Numbered from the stretch's first letter, positions 9,499 to 19,384 are shown. The stretch is DNA of 64,000 nt from an uncultured Alphaproteobacteria bacterium (GCA_963702755.1 CAVPDZ010000028.1:194410-258409); one strand, 5' to 3'. The notes: generated by a model not told the origin, from the sequence alone. Numbers and translations are program-made.

Positions 9499-11735
9499 GT
9501 GATGGGGTCAAAGCGGCTGGCGTTGCGTCTTGCGGCGATGATTCTCGTCGTTTGTGTCCTCGGCCTTCCGATCGATGATCTCGCGAGCTATGGCCTCGCG
9601 GTCGCAGCGGCGCTCGCGATCTTCACCGGATCGATGGCGACGCGGCCGGTGCGCTGGATTGCGGCCGCAGTCCTCGCGGCGGTCGTCGTTGCGGGCCATC
9701 TGCTGTGGCCGTCGCCGCGCATCGAGGAAGGCGACAACGCCTTCGTGCCCGGCCCGCGCATCGCCGAAACATCGGGCCTGCCCGCCGATGTGCTGGCGGC
9801 GATGTCGGCGCAATTCGATGCCGAGTATCCGCCGGAAAAGCGCTGCGCCGAGCCTCGGCGCGGATGCTGGCGGCCGGACCGCACCGCCGCGGAGGATGGC
9901 TTCGCCTTCGCCGCGGACGGCATCTATCAGCATCCGGCCTATTCCCGCCGCGTCGCCGGCATCGGGTTTTCCGATCCCGCCTTCCTGCGGCTCGGCTTCC
10001 TCAACGACTACATCTACGGCTGGTCGGACGACATCAGCGACATCAATCGCTTCGTGCGCGACCGCCATTCGCTCAATCTGTTCGACCGCTATCGCGTCGT
10101 CTTCCCGCTGTTCGTGATGTACCGGTTCCCGGCGGCAGTTCGCCGGCAGCACGCTATGCTGGCGCGGCACTCTGCTGTGGGAGGGAGAGGGCGAGCATTT
10201 CGAGACGATGACCAACGCCGAGCGGCGCTGCCGCGTCCTCGCGCCCGAGGATGCGGGGCGGCGCATCTACGCGGTCTCGATCAAGCGCGATGTCCGGCTC
10301 GGCGTCACGCTCGAGCCGAGCTCGACGATCCGGATGCGTCACGTCGTCGAGTGGGGGTTCACCATCGTCGGCATGCTCGGCCTCATGATGCTGCTGGTGC
10401 GCGTCGAACCGTGCCGGCTGGCGCTGCCGGTGCTTCTCGTCGGCTTGGCGCTGCTCACCACCATGTTCATCGATGCGCTCTTCATCGGCGGCCTGCGTCC
10501 GCTCGACGGCGGCGATGACGGCATCGCGTACGAAGGCTTCGGCCGCGCCATGGTGCGCAGCCTCGTCGCCGGCGACGTCATCACCGCGCTCAAGGGCGTC
10601 GAGCCGGTCTATTACTTCACGCCGGGATTTCGCTATGTGCGGGCGATGGAACTGCTCGTCTTCGGCGACACGTTCCTGCTCTACCTTTCGATGATGCTGG
10701 CGCTGCCGCTGATGGCGCTCGCGCTGTTCCGGCGGTTTCTCTCGCCGGCCTGGACGCTGGTGATGGTGCTCGGATTCACCGCGACGCCGGTCGGCGCGCT
10801 GTTCGGATCGAGCCTGTTCGAATACGTGCTGTGGGCGTCGCGCGGCTTTGCCGATCCGTTCGCGTTCGCGCTGCTCCTCGCCGCCGTACTGCTGCTGATC
10901 CCGCTGCGGCCAAGCCTTGAAGCGCCGACGCCGGCGCCGGCGCGCATCTTCGCGGCCGGCCTGCTGTTCGCGGCGGCGGCGTTCTGCCGGCCGAACCTCG
11001 TGCTCGCCGCCGGCGCGATGGTCGCGGGCGGCGCCGTGATCTTTCTCGCGCGGCGGCAATGGCGCGACGCTGCGGCGCTGGTCGCAGGGTTTGCGGCGCT
11101 CGTCGGTGTCGCCGCTCCATAACTACGTGTTCGGCCATGTCCTGGTGCTGTTCAGCGACAACGTGAACCAGCCGCAGACGCTGCTGATGTCGCCGCTCGA
11201 CTACCTCAAGGCGGCTTATGAAATCGCGACGCTCCAGTTCGGCGGCGAACACGTGCGCGGCGCGCTCGCGCAGCTCGACCGCTGGCTCTCCGGCCCGCAG
11301 GAGCTTGGCGTGATGATTCCGCTCCACGCCTTCGCGGTGGCGCTCCTCGTGCGCGTCGGCGTGTTCGGCCGCCGCTTCGATCCCTGGCTCCGTCTCCTCG
11401 CGCTCGCGACCTTGCTTCAGCACGCGATCGGCGCGACCTACGTCAACTACGCGCGCTACAATCTCGGAACCTGGTTCCTGACCGCGACGGTCGCGGCAGC
11501 ATGGCTGCAAGGCGAGGGCGTCGCGCTGCTGCGCCGCGGTCTGCCGGGCCTCGCCGCGGCCTGGGACCGCAATCCGCGCCTCGCCCGCCTCGGCGCGGCC
11601 ATCTCCACCTGGGCCGATTGGTTCGGCCTCGGCGGCGCGGAACCGCATACTCGTGATGACCACCCGACCCCTGGCTATGGTAAGACCTTCGCCAGGGTAG
11701 GGCCGGCGCAGACCGCGGGCGGCGCCGGCGCGTAG
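9499..11735 (+). pseudogene. large polytopic membrane protein (~745 aa; possible GT-C-type glycosyltransferase), frameshifted near ~10135 and ~11105
   Basis: Three consecutive ORFs (9499.., 10208..11122, 11091..11735) join into one protein: ..VMYRFPAA|QFAGSTLCWRGTLLWEGEGEHFETMTNAERR.. and ..GFAALVGV|SPLHNYVFGHVLVLF... It has an N-terminal TM helix, a soluble segment, then many hydrophobic helices. Confidence 0.6.
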
Positions 11736-11766
11736 ATCGCGCTCAGGATCACTTTTTTAAGTTCGC

Positions 11767-12912
11767 ATGGATCAGTTGACCGCAGCCGTCGAGACCTTGC
11801 CGCAGGCCTCCGTTTCCGCCGCCATCGAACCGGCGCCGGAGCTGAGCGTGGTCGTGCCGACCTATAACGAGCGCCCGAACATTCCGCTCATGGTCGACCT
11901 CCTGCGGCGCACGCTCGCCGGCGTGAACTGGGAGGTCATCTTCGTCGACGACAATTCGCCGGACGGCACCGCTGCCGCGGTCCGCGCCATCGGCGAACAG
12001 GACCGGCGCGTGCGCTGCATCCGCCGCGTCGGCCGGCGCGGCCTTGCCGGCGCCTGCCTCGAGGGCATGCTGGCGAGCCAGGCGCGCTATGTCGGGGTGC
12101 TCGACGCCGACCTCCAGCATGACGAGACGCTGCTGCCGGCGATGCTGCAGACCCTGCGCGACGGCCGCGCCGATCTCGTGGTGGCGAGCCGCCATGTCGA
12201 GGAGGGCTCCGACGAAGGGCTGTCGGGACTGCGCTCGCGCATCAGCCGGTTCGGCAGCGCCCTGGCGCGGCGCCTGCTGCGGGTGACGCTCACCGATCCG
12301 ATGAGCGGCTTCTTCATGCTGCGGCGGGACGTGGTCGAGGAGATCGCGCCGTCGCTGTCGAGCCAGGGCTTCAAAATCCTCCTCGACATCGTCGTGACCG
12401 ACAACAAGCTCAAGATCGTCGAGCTTCCTTACGTCTTCCGCGCGCGCCAGCATGGCGAGAGCAAGCTCGACGCCCAGATCCTGCTCGACTTCGCCGCCCT
12501 CTTGATCGCGAAGCTCACCAACGACGCGGTGTCGTTCCGCTTCCTGATGTTCTGCTTCGTCGGCCTCACCGGCGTCGTCGTCCACATGGCGGCGCTCGAA
12601 ATCGCGATCCTGGGGTTCGCCCTGCGCTTTGCCATTGCCCAGACGGTCGCGACCATCATCGCCATCACCTGGAATTTCACCGTCAACAACCTCGTGACCT
12701 ACCGCGACCAGCGGCTCGCCGGCTGGCGGTTCGTCACCGGCCTGATCCGGTTCCAGCTCGTCTGCGCGGTCGGCGCCATCTCCAACATCGGCGCCGCGAG
12801 CTGGATCTACGGCTTCCACACCAGCTGGTGGCTCGCCGGCCTCGGCGGCGCGCTGATGGGCGCGGTGTGGAACTATGTCGTCAGCGCCGCGTTCGTCTGG
12901 CGCGCCCGCTGA
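11767..12912 (+). CDS. GT2 polyprenyl-phosphate glycosyltransferase fused to a GtrA-like membrane domain
   Basis: N-terminal GT2 motifs (LSVVVPTYNE, VIFVDDNSPDGT, DADLQHD). The C-terminal ~120 aa have 4 TM helices with a GtrA-like pattern (FRFLMFCFVGLTGVVVH...NFTVNNLVTYRD...WNYVVSAAFVW). Confidence 0.85.
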   Translation: MDQLTAAVETLPQASVSAAIEPAPELSVVVPTYNERPNIPLMVDLLRRTLAGVNWEVIFVDDNSPDGTAAAVRAIGEQDRRVRCIRRVGRRGLAGACLEGMLASQARYVGVLDADLQHDETLLPAMLQTLRDGRADLVVASRHVEEGSDEGLSGLRSRISRFGSALARRLLRVTLTDPMSGFFMLRRDVVEEIAPSLSSQGFKILLDIVVTDNKLKIVELPYVFRARQHGESKLDAQILLDFAALLIAKLTNDAVSFRFLMFCFVGLTGVVVHMAALEIAILGFALRFAIAQTVATIIAITWNFTVNNLVTYRDQRLAGWRFVTGLIRFQLVCAVGAISNIGAASWIYGFHTSWWLAGLGGALMGAVWNYVVSAAFVWRAR

Positions 12913-12945
12913 GCGGCAATAAGAGCCCGCGAAACAATCAAAAAC

Positions 12946-13052
12946 GTCATCCTGAGGTGCTCGCGAAGCGAGCCTCGAAGGATGGCCGCAGGCACCGCGG
13001 AGCCAGCGGCCATCCTTCGAGACGCCGTGCTGCGCACGGCCCTCAGGATGAC
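12946..13052. repeat. palindromic REP (GTCATCCTGAGGTGCTCGCGAAGCGAGCCTCGAAGGATGGCCG ... CGGCCATCCTTCGAGACGCC...CCTCAGGATGAC)
   Basis: A long imperfect inverted repeat read directly. Confidence 0.8.
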
Positions 13053-13246
13053 GTCCGGGTGAATGGCGCGCCAGGATCTCGCCAGAGGAGGTGTGCCTGA
13101 CGAACGCAGACCTTGCCCGAAAACCGGCGCATTCACGGATTCAGTTGATGACGTGGCGCGCGCTATTTGGCGCGCGCGGATTTTGTGAAATTGTGTTCCT
13201 CCGTCGGGCCGTCCGCTAGCGGCGGCCGCAGCCAAAGGTGAGCCGC

Positions 13247-14032
13247 ATGTGCCGCTGGATCGCCTATCGCGGCGAGAACATCGCGCTTGAGCATTACGTC
13301 ACCTCGCCTGCGCACTCGCTGGTGGCGCAGAGCATCAAGGCGCTGGAATCGACCGCGAGCACCAACGGCGACGGCTTCGGCCTCGGCTGGTATGGCGAGC
13401 ATCCCGAGCCGGGGCTCTACCGCGAGGTGCGGCCGGCGTGGTCGGACGAGAACCTGCGCTATCTCTGCCGGCATATCCATTCGCACCTCTTCTTCGCCCA
13501 CGTGCGCGCCTCGACCGGCACGCCGGTGACGCGGCCGAACTGCCACCCGTTCGCCTCCGGCAACTGGATGTTCATGCACAACGGCGTGGTCGGCCAATGG
13601 TCGCGGGTGCGGCGCCGGGTCGAAGCGCTGATCCCGGACGAGCTTTACGCCTCGCGCGTCGGCACCACCAATTCCGAGGCGGTGTTCCTCGCCCTCGTCG
13701 GCGCCGGCCTCGACCGCGATCCGGTCGGGGCGACGACGCGCGTGGTCGCGGAGCTGACCGCGATCGTCAACGAAGAGCGCGAGCCGCTGCGCTTCACCGC
13801 AGCGCTCGCCGACGGCCGCAACCTCTATGCGTTCCGCTATTCGGTGAACGAGAAGGCGAACACGCTCTACTACCACGCGTCCGGCGGCGACGCGGTGATC
13901 GTCTCCGAGCCGCTCGACCACGACCGCAAGCGGTGGACGCCGGTCCCGCCCGGCCGCGTGGTCATCGCGCGCAGCGGCCACCCGGTCGAGGTCGTGCCCT
14001 TCCTCGACGATCTGCAAGTCGCCGCCGAGTAA
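13247..14032 (+). CDS. class II (Ntn-type) glutamine amidotransferase family protein
   Basis: The ATG at 13247 gives the N-terminal MCRW (Cys2 nucleophile). GFGLGWY, HVRASTG, NCHPF and MHNG motifs are present. Confidence 0.8.
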   Translation: MCRWIAYRGENIALEHYVTSPAHSLVAQSIKALESTASTNGDGFGLGWYGEHPEPGLYREVRPAWSDENLRYLCRHIHSHLFFAHVRASTGTPVTRPNCHPFASGNWMFMHNGVVGQWSRVRRRVEALIPDELYASRVGTTNSEAVFLALVGAGLDRDPVGATTRVVAELTAIVNEEREPLRFTAALADGRNLYAFRYSVNEKANTLYYHASGGDAVIVSEPLDHDRKRWTPVPPGRVVIARSGHPVEVVPFLDDLQVAAE

Positions 14033-14156
14033 TCCCGACAAGTCCTTCGGCGCTCGCGCGCTGGTTGAGCGAGCGCATGCGGCGCGGTCGCTTCCAGCAT
14101 TCCGCTGATGCCTCTATGGTCGCCCTAAAGCCGTGGGACGGCGACGAGGGGACTTA

Positions 14157-15020
14157 ATGATTTACCGAAGTACGCTGCGTATGATGGCGCAGGCTGTTGC
14201 GTTGCTGCTGACGATGAGCGGCGCCCGGGCGTTCGACGATAGCAAGTATCCCGACCTGCACGGTCAATGGGATCGCTTCCCGGTTGCGGGCGTGAGGGGA
14301 CAGCCGTCGTTCGACCAGACCAAGTCGTGGGGACGCGGGCAAGAGGCGCCGCTCACGCCGGAATATCAGAAGATCTTCGAGGCGAGCCTGGCGGACCAGG
14401 ACGCGGGCGGGCAGGGCGCCGCCGTCGACCACGCGCGCTGCGTTGCCGCCGGGATGCCGTTCATGATGGTCGCGTTCCGGCCGCTCGAATTCGTCATCAC
14501 GCCGAACACGACCTATATCCTGATCGCCGACTACGACCCGCTGCGCCGCGTCTTCACCGACGGCCGCGATTGGCCGAAGGTGATCGAGCCGACCTTCCAG
14601 GGCTATTCCATCGGCCGCTGGATCGATGAAGACGGCGACGGCCGCTACGACGTGCTCGAGGTCGAGACCCGCGGCTTCAAGGGGCCGCGCATCTATGATG
14701 CGACCGGCATTCCGTTGCATGCCGACAACCAGTCGATCTTCAGGGAGCGCATCTATCTCGACAAAACCGATCCCAAGATTCTGCACGACGAGATCACGGT
14801 GATCGACCACGCCCTGACGCGGCCGTGGATCGTCAACAAGCGCTATGTCCGCAACGCCGACCCGCAGTCCGAATGGCCGGAGTCGATCTGCCCCGAGTAC
14901 AACGCCCAGGTCTTCATCGGGAAGGAGAACTATTACCTGAGCGCCGACGGCTATCTGATGCCGTCGAAGAAGGGCCAGTCGCCGCCGGATTTGCGCTTCT
15001 TCGATCGCACGCGCGAGTAG
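14157..15020 (+). CDS. exported hypothetical protein
   Basis: The ATG at 14157 gives a signal peptide (MIYRSTLRMMAQAVALLLTMSGARA). Coherent coding composition; no named domain recognised. Confidence 0.65.
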   Translation: MIYRSTLRMMAQAVALLLTMSGARAFDDSKYPDLHGQWDRFPVAGVRGQPSFDQTKSWGRGQEAPLTPEYQKIFEASLADQDAGGQGAAVDHARCVAAGMPFMMVAFRPLEFVITPNTTYILIADYDPLRRVFTDGRDWPKVIEPTFQGYSIGRWIDEDGDGRYDVLEVETRGFKGPRIYDATGIPLHADNQSIFRERIYLDKTDPKILHDEITVIDHALTRPWIVNKRYVRNADPQSEWPESICPEYNAQVFIGKENYYLSADGYLMPSKKGQSPPDLRFFDRTRE

Positions 15021-15039
15021 GGTCTTTCGGCAGCTTGAT

Positions 15040-15480
15040 CTAATCGACCCGCTTCCAGACGGCCGTCACCGTGCCTCTGGCACCCGAGGGCGTCGCGCGA
15101 TTGTGCGTCATCTCATTGCCGTTGAACGTGATGAGCCATTTGTGGTTGCTATCGGGGCCGGCATTGGACGTGGTGCCTTCGATGTGGAGGTTCAGCGAGC
15201 TGTCGCGCTCATCCACGGTATAGGTCCCGAAGAAGGCGATGTGTTTGGAATCGCCGATGACGATAACCGAGAAGCGGTCGTCGTTGCCGATGTACAGCAT
15301 GCCCTTCGGACGGTTGCCGTAAGGCTCCATATCGCCCGCAGCGACCGAAACGAGCTGCCATTCGCCGACGGCCTTGTCCTTGAGGGCCGGTGCGGTCGCT
15401 TGCGCGCGCGCCGACGCAGGCAACGCAAGAGCAACCATGGCTGCAACGAATACCGAGATCAAACTTGCCTTGATCTTCAT
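15040..15480 (-). CDS. exported lipocalin-like domain protein (hypothetical)
   Basis: ORF 15040..15480 with a signal peptide (..ALPASARAQA). The GEWQLVS...FFGTYTVD pattern is typical of lipocalin-like DUF proteins. Confidence 0.55.
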   Translation of the reverse strand: MKIKASLISVFVAAMVALALPASARAQATAPALKDKAVGEWQLVSVAAGDMEPYGNRPKGMLYIGNDDRFSVIVIGDSKHIAFFGTYTVDERDSSLNLHIEGTTSNAGPDSNHKWLITFNGNEMTHNRATPSGARGTVTAVWKRVD

Positions 15481-15678
15481 GGCGCGGTTCCTCTTTAATG
15501 TTGCGCCCAGTCCCCTAAGGACAAATGACGCTCCGCTATCCCGTTAAAGCATTATAGCTGATCGTGACGGGGCAGCCACCGCCAAGCGTCGCCTCCTTCA
15601 GGCGATGCAACGGACGTCCCGCAAGGGCAGGCGTCCGCCTCATCGACACTGCGCAAGCGCTCCCATATAAGCGCTGCC

Positions 15679-15828
15679 ATGACCCATCATCATCACGCGC
15701 CGGAAGAGGCCCATCCGTCGCCGGTGCCGGCGCTGTCGTTGCTGCGCATGTCGGCTGCGGCGCGGCTCATCGCGGCGGGCGCAGTCGCGGCGGCGCTGTG
15801 GCTTGTGGTGTGGTGGGCGACAGGGTGA
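15679..15828 (+). CDS. 49-aa His-rich single-TM micro-protein preceding the metal ABC transporter genes
   Basis: Hand-translated, below the ORF-track cutoff: MTHHHHAPEEAHPSPVPALSLLRMSAAARLIAAGAVAAALWLVVWWATG*. The stop at 15826-15828 is 7 nt before the ATPase ATG at 15836. Confidence 0.45.
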   Translation: MTHHHHAPEEAHPSPVPALSLLRMSAAARLIAAGAVAAALWLVVWWATG

Positions 15829-15835
15829 GGACGCG

Positions 15836-16582
15836 ATGGCCGCCGCGCAACTCGAATTCCGCGATCTGACGCTCGGCTATGACCGCCATCCGGCGGTCCA
15901 TCACCTGAGCGGCGTCGTGGCGCAAGGCGCCCTCCTCGCCGCGGTCGGGCCGAACGGCGCGGGCAAGTCGACCTTGTTCAAAGGCATCGCCGGGCATCTC
16001 ACGCCGCTGGCCGGCACGATCGACCGCCATGGCGTTGCTCCGCGCGACATCGCCTATCTGCCGCAGATCGCCGACATCGACCGCTCGTTCCCGATCCACG
16101 TCTATGACCTCGTCGCCATGGGGCTGTGGCGGCGCATCGGCGCGTTCGGCGCCGTCGGCCGGCCCGAGCGCGAGAAAATTCATGCCGCGATCGCGTCGGT
16201 GGGGCTCACCGGATTCGAGCGGCGCCCGATCGCGACCCTGTCGGGCGGGCAGATGCAGCGCATGCTGTTCGCGCGCCTGCTGCTGCAGGATTCGCGCGTG
16301 ATCCTGCTCGACGAGCCCTTCAACGCCATCGACGAGAAGACCGTCGGTGATCTCATGGGGCTTGTCGGTCGCTGGCATGCCGACGGGCGCACCGTACTTG
16401 CGGCGCTGCACGACATCGAACTCGTGCGCCGGCAATTTCCCGAAACGCTGCTGCTCGCCCGCGAACCGGTGGCGTGGGGCCCCTCGGCGAGTGTGCTGAC
16501 GGCCGAAAATCTCACCAAAGCGCGGCACATGTGCGAGGCGTTCGACGAGGATGCCGCGCTCTGCCACGGCGCGGCCGCCTGA
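15836..16582 (+). CDS. metal (Zn/Mn-type) ABC transporter ATP-binding protein
   Basis: Walker A GPNGAGKST, signature LSGGQMQR, Walker B ILLDEP. ZnuC/MntB-type length and layout. Confidence 0.88.
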   Translation: MAAAQLEFRDLTLGYDRHPAVHHLSGVVAQGALLAAVGPNGAGKSTLFKGIAGHLTPLAGTIDRHGVAPRDIAYLPQIADIDRSFPIHVYDLVAMGLWRRIGAFGAVGRPEREKIHAAIASVGLTGFERRPIATLSGGQMQRMLFARLLLQDSRVILLDEPFNAIDEKTVGDLMGLVGRWHADGRTVLAALHDIELVRRQFPETLLLAREPVAWGPSASVLTAENLTKARHMCEAFDEDAALCHGAAA

Positions 16583-16587
16583 CCGGC

Positions 16588-17460
16588 ATGTCGCCCTACG
16601 ATCTCCTGCTCGCGCCCTATGTCGAGTTCGAGTTCATGCGCCGCGCGCTCGTCGGCGTCGTCGCGCTCGCGGTCGGCGCCGGGCCGATCGGCGTGTTCCT
16701 GATGCTGCGGCGGATGAGCCTGATGGGCGACGCCATGGCGCACGCGATCCTGCCGGGCGCGGCGGTCGGTTATCTCGTGTCGGGGCTCAACCTCGTGGCG
16801 ATGACGATCGGCGGCCTCGCGGCAGGTCTCATCGTGGCCCTCGCCGCCGGCGGTATCGCGCGCTCGACGGAGCTCAAGGAGGACGCGTCGCTCGCGGCGC
16901 TGTTCCTGCTGTCGCTCGCGCTCGGCGTCGTCATCGTGTCGCTGCGCGGCAACAGCGTCGACCTCCTGCATTTCCTGTTCGGCAGCGTGCTCGCGCTCGA
17001 CAACGATGCGCTGGTGCTGATCGCGGCGATCGCGACGGTATCGCTCGGGACGATCGCCATGATCTGGCGGCCGCTGGTACTTGAATCGGTCGACCCGGGA
17101 TTCGTGCGCTCGGTCAGCGGCGCCGGCGGGCCGGTCCACATCGTGTTCCTCGCGCTCGTCGCACTCAACATGGTCGGCGGCTTCCAGGCGCTGGGCACGC
17201 TGCTCGCCGTCGGCATCATGATTTTCCCCGCGGTCATCAGCCGGTTCTGGAGCCGCGACCTCACCGTCATGACGGTGCTCGCGGTCGCGGCGGGCGTGCT
17301 CTCGGGCTACTGCGGCCTGACGCTCTCGTTTCACTCCGGCCTGCCGGCAGGCCCCGCCATCATCCTGGTGGCCGGCGTCATCTATTGCGCCTCGCTGCTG
17401 CTCGGACCATCGGGGGGCCTGCTGCGCCGCCTCCTCCCGCGCCGCCACCTCGAAGCGTGA
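16588..17460 (+). CDS. metal ABC transporter permease (ZnuB/TroD-type)
   Basis: The ATG at 16588 is 6 nt after the ATPase stop. Typical ABC-3 family sequence (MGDAMAHAILPGAA...). Confidence 0.88.
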   Translation: MSPYDLLLAPYVEFEFMRRALVGVVALAVGAGPIGVFLMLRRMSLMGDAMAHAILPGAAVGYLVSGLNLVAMTIGGLAAGLIVALAAGGIARSTELKEDASLAALFLLSLALGVVIVSLRGNSVDLLHFLFGSVLALDNDALVLIAAIATVSLGTIAMIWRPLVLESVDPGFVRSVSGAGGPVHIVFLALVALNMVGGFQALGTLLAVGIMIFPAVISRFWSRDLTVMTVLAVAAGVLSGYCGLTLSFHSGLPAGPAIILVAGVIYCASLLLGPSGGLLRRLLPRRHLEA

Positions 17461-17515
17461 TGGGGGCGTTCGCGGCGAGGTCGCGCCACACGCGGACTCG
17501 ATGCTGCAAAAACGC

Positions 17516-17549
17516 GAAGGGGCGCACTGCCATCGCAGTGCGCCCCTTC
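17516..17549 (-). terminator. rho-independent terminator-like hairpin
   Basis: 15-bp perfect stem GAAGGGGCGCACTGC/GCAGTGCGCCCCTTC with a 4-nt loop. On the minus strand it is followed by GCGTTTTTG. It lies between convergent genes. Confidence 0.6.
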
Positions 17550-17575
17550 CCTAGGTAACGTATCTGGCGCCGGAC

Positions 17576-18247
17576 TTATTGCACGGCGAAGCAGTAGAAC
17601 AAACCGTTGCCGCCGGTTGCGATCAGGTCGGGCTGGCTGCAGCTGCGCGACATGTGCGCGGCGTTCCAGGACTCCAGATTCGCGGGCGTCTTCGGCGTGC
17701 GGTCGATGTGGCCCAGCATGGTCGAGCCGAACGTGCCGCTCGTCCAGTTGTTGCAGGTGAGGTTGAGGTTCGCGGGCCACGCGCGGCCGTCGGCCTGGGA
17801 GCCGGTCATGGCGTCATGCCAGTTCGGCGTCATGCCGACGCCCGATACCATCGCGCCCTTCTCGGTGAGCGCCGTCTCCTGGGTCAGTTTGTTGTTGGCG
17901 CTGTGGAGGTCGTCCACATCCTTGGCGATCTCGACGCCCTTGGAGTTGATCCACGGACCCTTGCCGATCCGATCGCGCGCGTTGACGGCACCGCCCGGCG
18001 CCGCCTGGTTGGTGCTGAGATAGGCGTGCCACGTCTTGTTGCCGGCGCCCACCGCTCCCGCGAGCGCCTGGCAGTGCGCGTCGGCGCCCGCGAGGCCGCC
18101 GAGATCGGCGCCCTTGCCGGGACCGGCGCTGGTCACGAAGAAGGTCGCGTTGGCGGCGGACGGCGGCGCCGGCTGCGCGTTCGCGGCAGCGCCGAGCGCG
18201 ATCAGCGCGGCAGCTGCCAGGACCAACGATTGCAGTGAAACTCTCAT
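17576..18247 (-). CDS. secreted Cys-containing protein of unknown function (lectin-fold/DUF1554-like pattern)
   Basis: Signal peptide ..GAAANAQP. FFVTSAGPGKGADLGGLAGADAHCQ..., CNNWTS..., LFYCFA pattern. The domain call is from memory of the motif only. Confidence 0.6.
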   Translation of the reverse strand: MRVSLQSLVLAAAALIALGAAANAQPAPPSAANATFFVTSAGPGKGADLGGLAGADAHCQALAGAVGAGNKTWHAYLSTNQAAPGGAVNARDRIGKGPWINSKGVEIAKDVDDLHSANNKLTQETALTEKGAMVSGVGMTPNWHDAMTGSQADGRAWPANLNLTCNNWTSGTFGSTMLGHIDRTPKTPANLESWNAAHMSRSCSQPDLIATGGNGLFYCFAVQ

Positions 18248-18364
18248 GCTAGTCTTCTCCCTCCGATGATGGTGATCAAGTCTTTTGGTAGAAATATCAC
18301 CGCCCGCATCTTACCGCCGCGCCAGCCGATCTGCTAGCAGCCTCGCGGGCGATCGAGAGCGTAC

Positions 18365-19384
18365 TCACGGCGCCGGCTTGCGGCCGAGCGCCTTGGCGAT
18401 GTCGGCAAGAATGACGCGCTGTTCGTCGATGCCGGCCGCGAATTCGGCGGGGCCGCCGAGATGCATGATCTGGCCGATCGACGACAGCCGCGCCGGAATG
18501 ATGGGATCGGCCGCGGCGGTCAGCACGTCGGCCGCGATGCGTTCGCGCAGTTCGTCCGACATGCCGCGCGGACCATAAACCCCGTTCAACCCCTCGAGCG
18601 TCAGCGCCGGAAAGCCCGCCTCGATCGCGGTCGGAACGTCCGGAGCGGCCGGCGCGCGGCTGCGGCTGTTGATCGCGAGCACGCGAATGCGGCCGGTCTG
18701 CACCATCGGCAGGACCGCCGCGAGCGAGGTCATGAGCAGCTGGATGCGCCCCTCGGCGAGATCGTTCGGCGCCTGCAGGATATCGCGATAGGGGATCCGC
18801 GCGACCTCGATGCCCGCACGCGTGATGAATCCGGACATCAGGAAGTCGCTCAATCCTTGGGCGGCCGCGGCATTGAGCGAGCCGGGGCGTGCACGCGCGA
18901 ACGCCGCAAGCTCGGCGAGCGAATGCACCGGCAGACTGTCCGTCACCGAGATCGCAAGCACCACGGCCGAGACGCTCGCGATCGGCAACAGGTCGCGCTG
19001 CGCATCGTAGGGCAGCTTGTCGTGCTCGTAAGGATGGACCGTGAAGGTGCCGGCCGAAGCAAACAGCAGGACGTGATCGTCAGCTGCGCCGACGAACGCC
19101 ATGATGGCGACGAGGCCGTCGCCGCCGGGGCGATTTTCGACCACCACCGGCTTGCCCCACTTCGTCGTGAGCCGATCGGCGAACAGCCGCGCGTCGATAT
19201 CGGTGGCGCTGCCGGGACCGAACGGCACGATGAACTTCACGGTCCGCTGCGGCCATTGCTGCGGCGGCGTCTGCGCACGCAAAGGAGCCGCTGCCGCGAT
19301 CATCGCGAACGTGAGGGCGATCTGCGCGGCGACCAAGACTGCGCGGCGTGACGTCGGCATGGTGTCGCCTCCCGGTGGCTTCAT
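18365..19384 (-). CDS. Bug-family (TctC-like) substrate-binding protein
   Basis: VKFIVPFGPGSATDIDARL, VENRPGGDG. The start ATG overlaps the upstream gene's stop (ATGA at 19381-19384). Confidence 0.85.
   Translation of the reverse strand: MKPPGGDTMPTSRRAVLVAAQIALTFAMIAAAAPLRAQTPPQQWPQRTVKFIVPFGPGSATDIDARLFADRLTTKWGKPVVVENRPGGDGLVAIMAFVGAADDHVLLFASAGTFTVHPYEHDKLPYDAQRDLLPIASVSAVVLAISVTDSLPVHSLAELAAFARARPGSLNAAAAQGLSDFLMSGFITRAGIEVARIPYRDILQAPNDLAEGRIQLLMTSLAAVLPMVQTGRIRVLAINSRSRAPAAPDVPTAIEAGFPALTLEGLNGVYGPRGMSDELRERIAADVLTAAADPIIPARLSSIGQIMHLGGPAEFAAGIDEQRVILADIAKALGRKPAP

Noticed and set aside
15480-15680. Zur/Fur-type box upstream of the metal ABC operon
   Set aside because: Only a pair of AAGCGCT hexamers 8 nt apart (about 15652-15673) was seen. 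There is no AT-rich palindrome resembling known Zur/Mur/Fur boxes, so no regulatory call was made.
16180-17448. 422-aa minus-strand ORF; similarly 31661..32779 and 32490..34388
   Set aside because: Shadows of the metal ABC genes and of ctaD/ctaB/ctaG respectively. Highly charged Arg/Asp/His junk.
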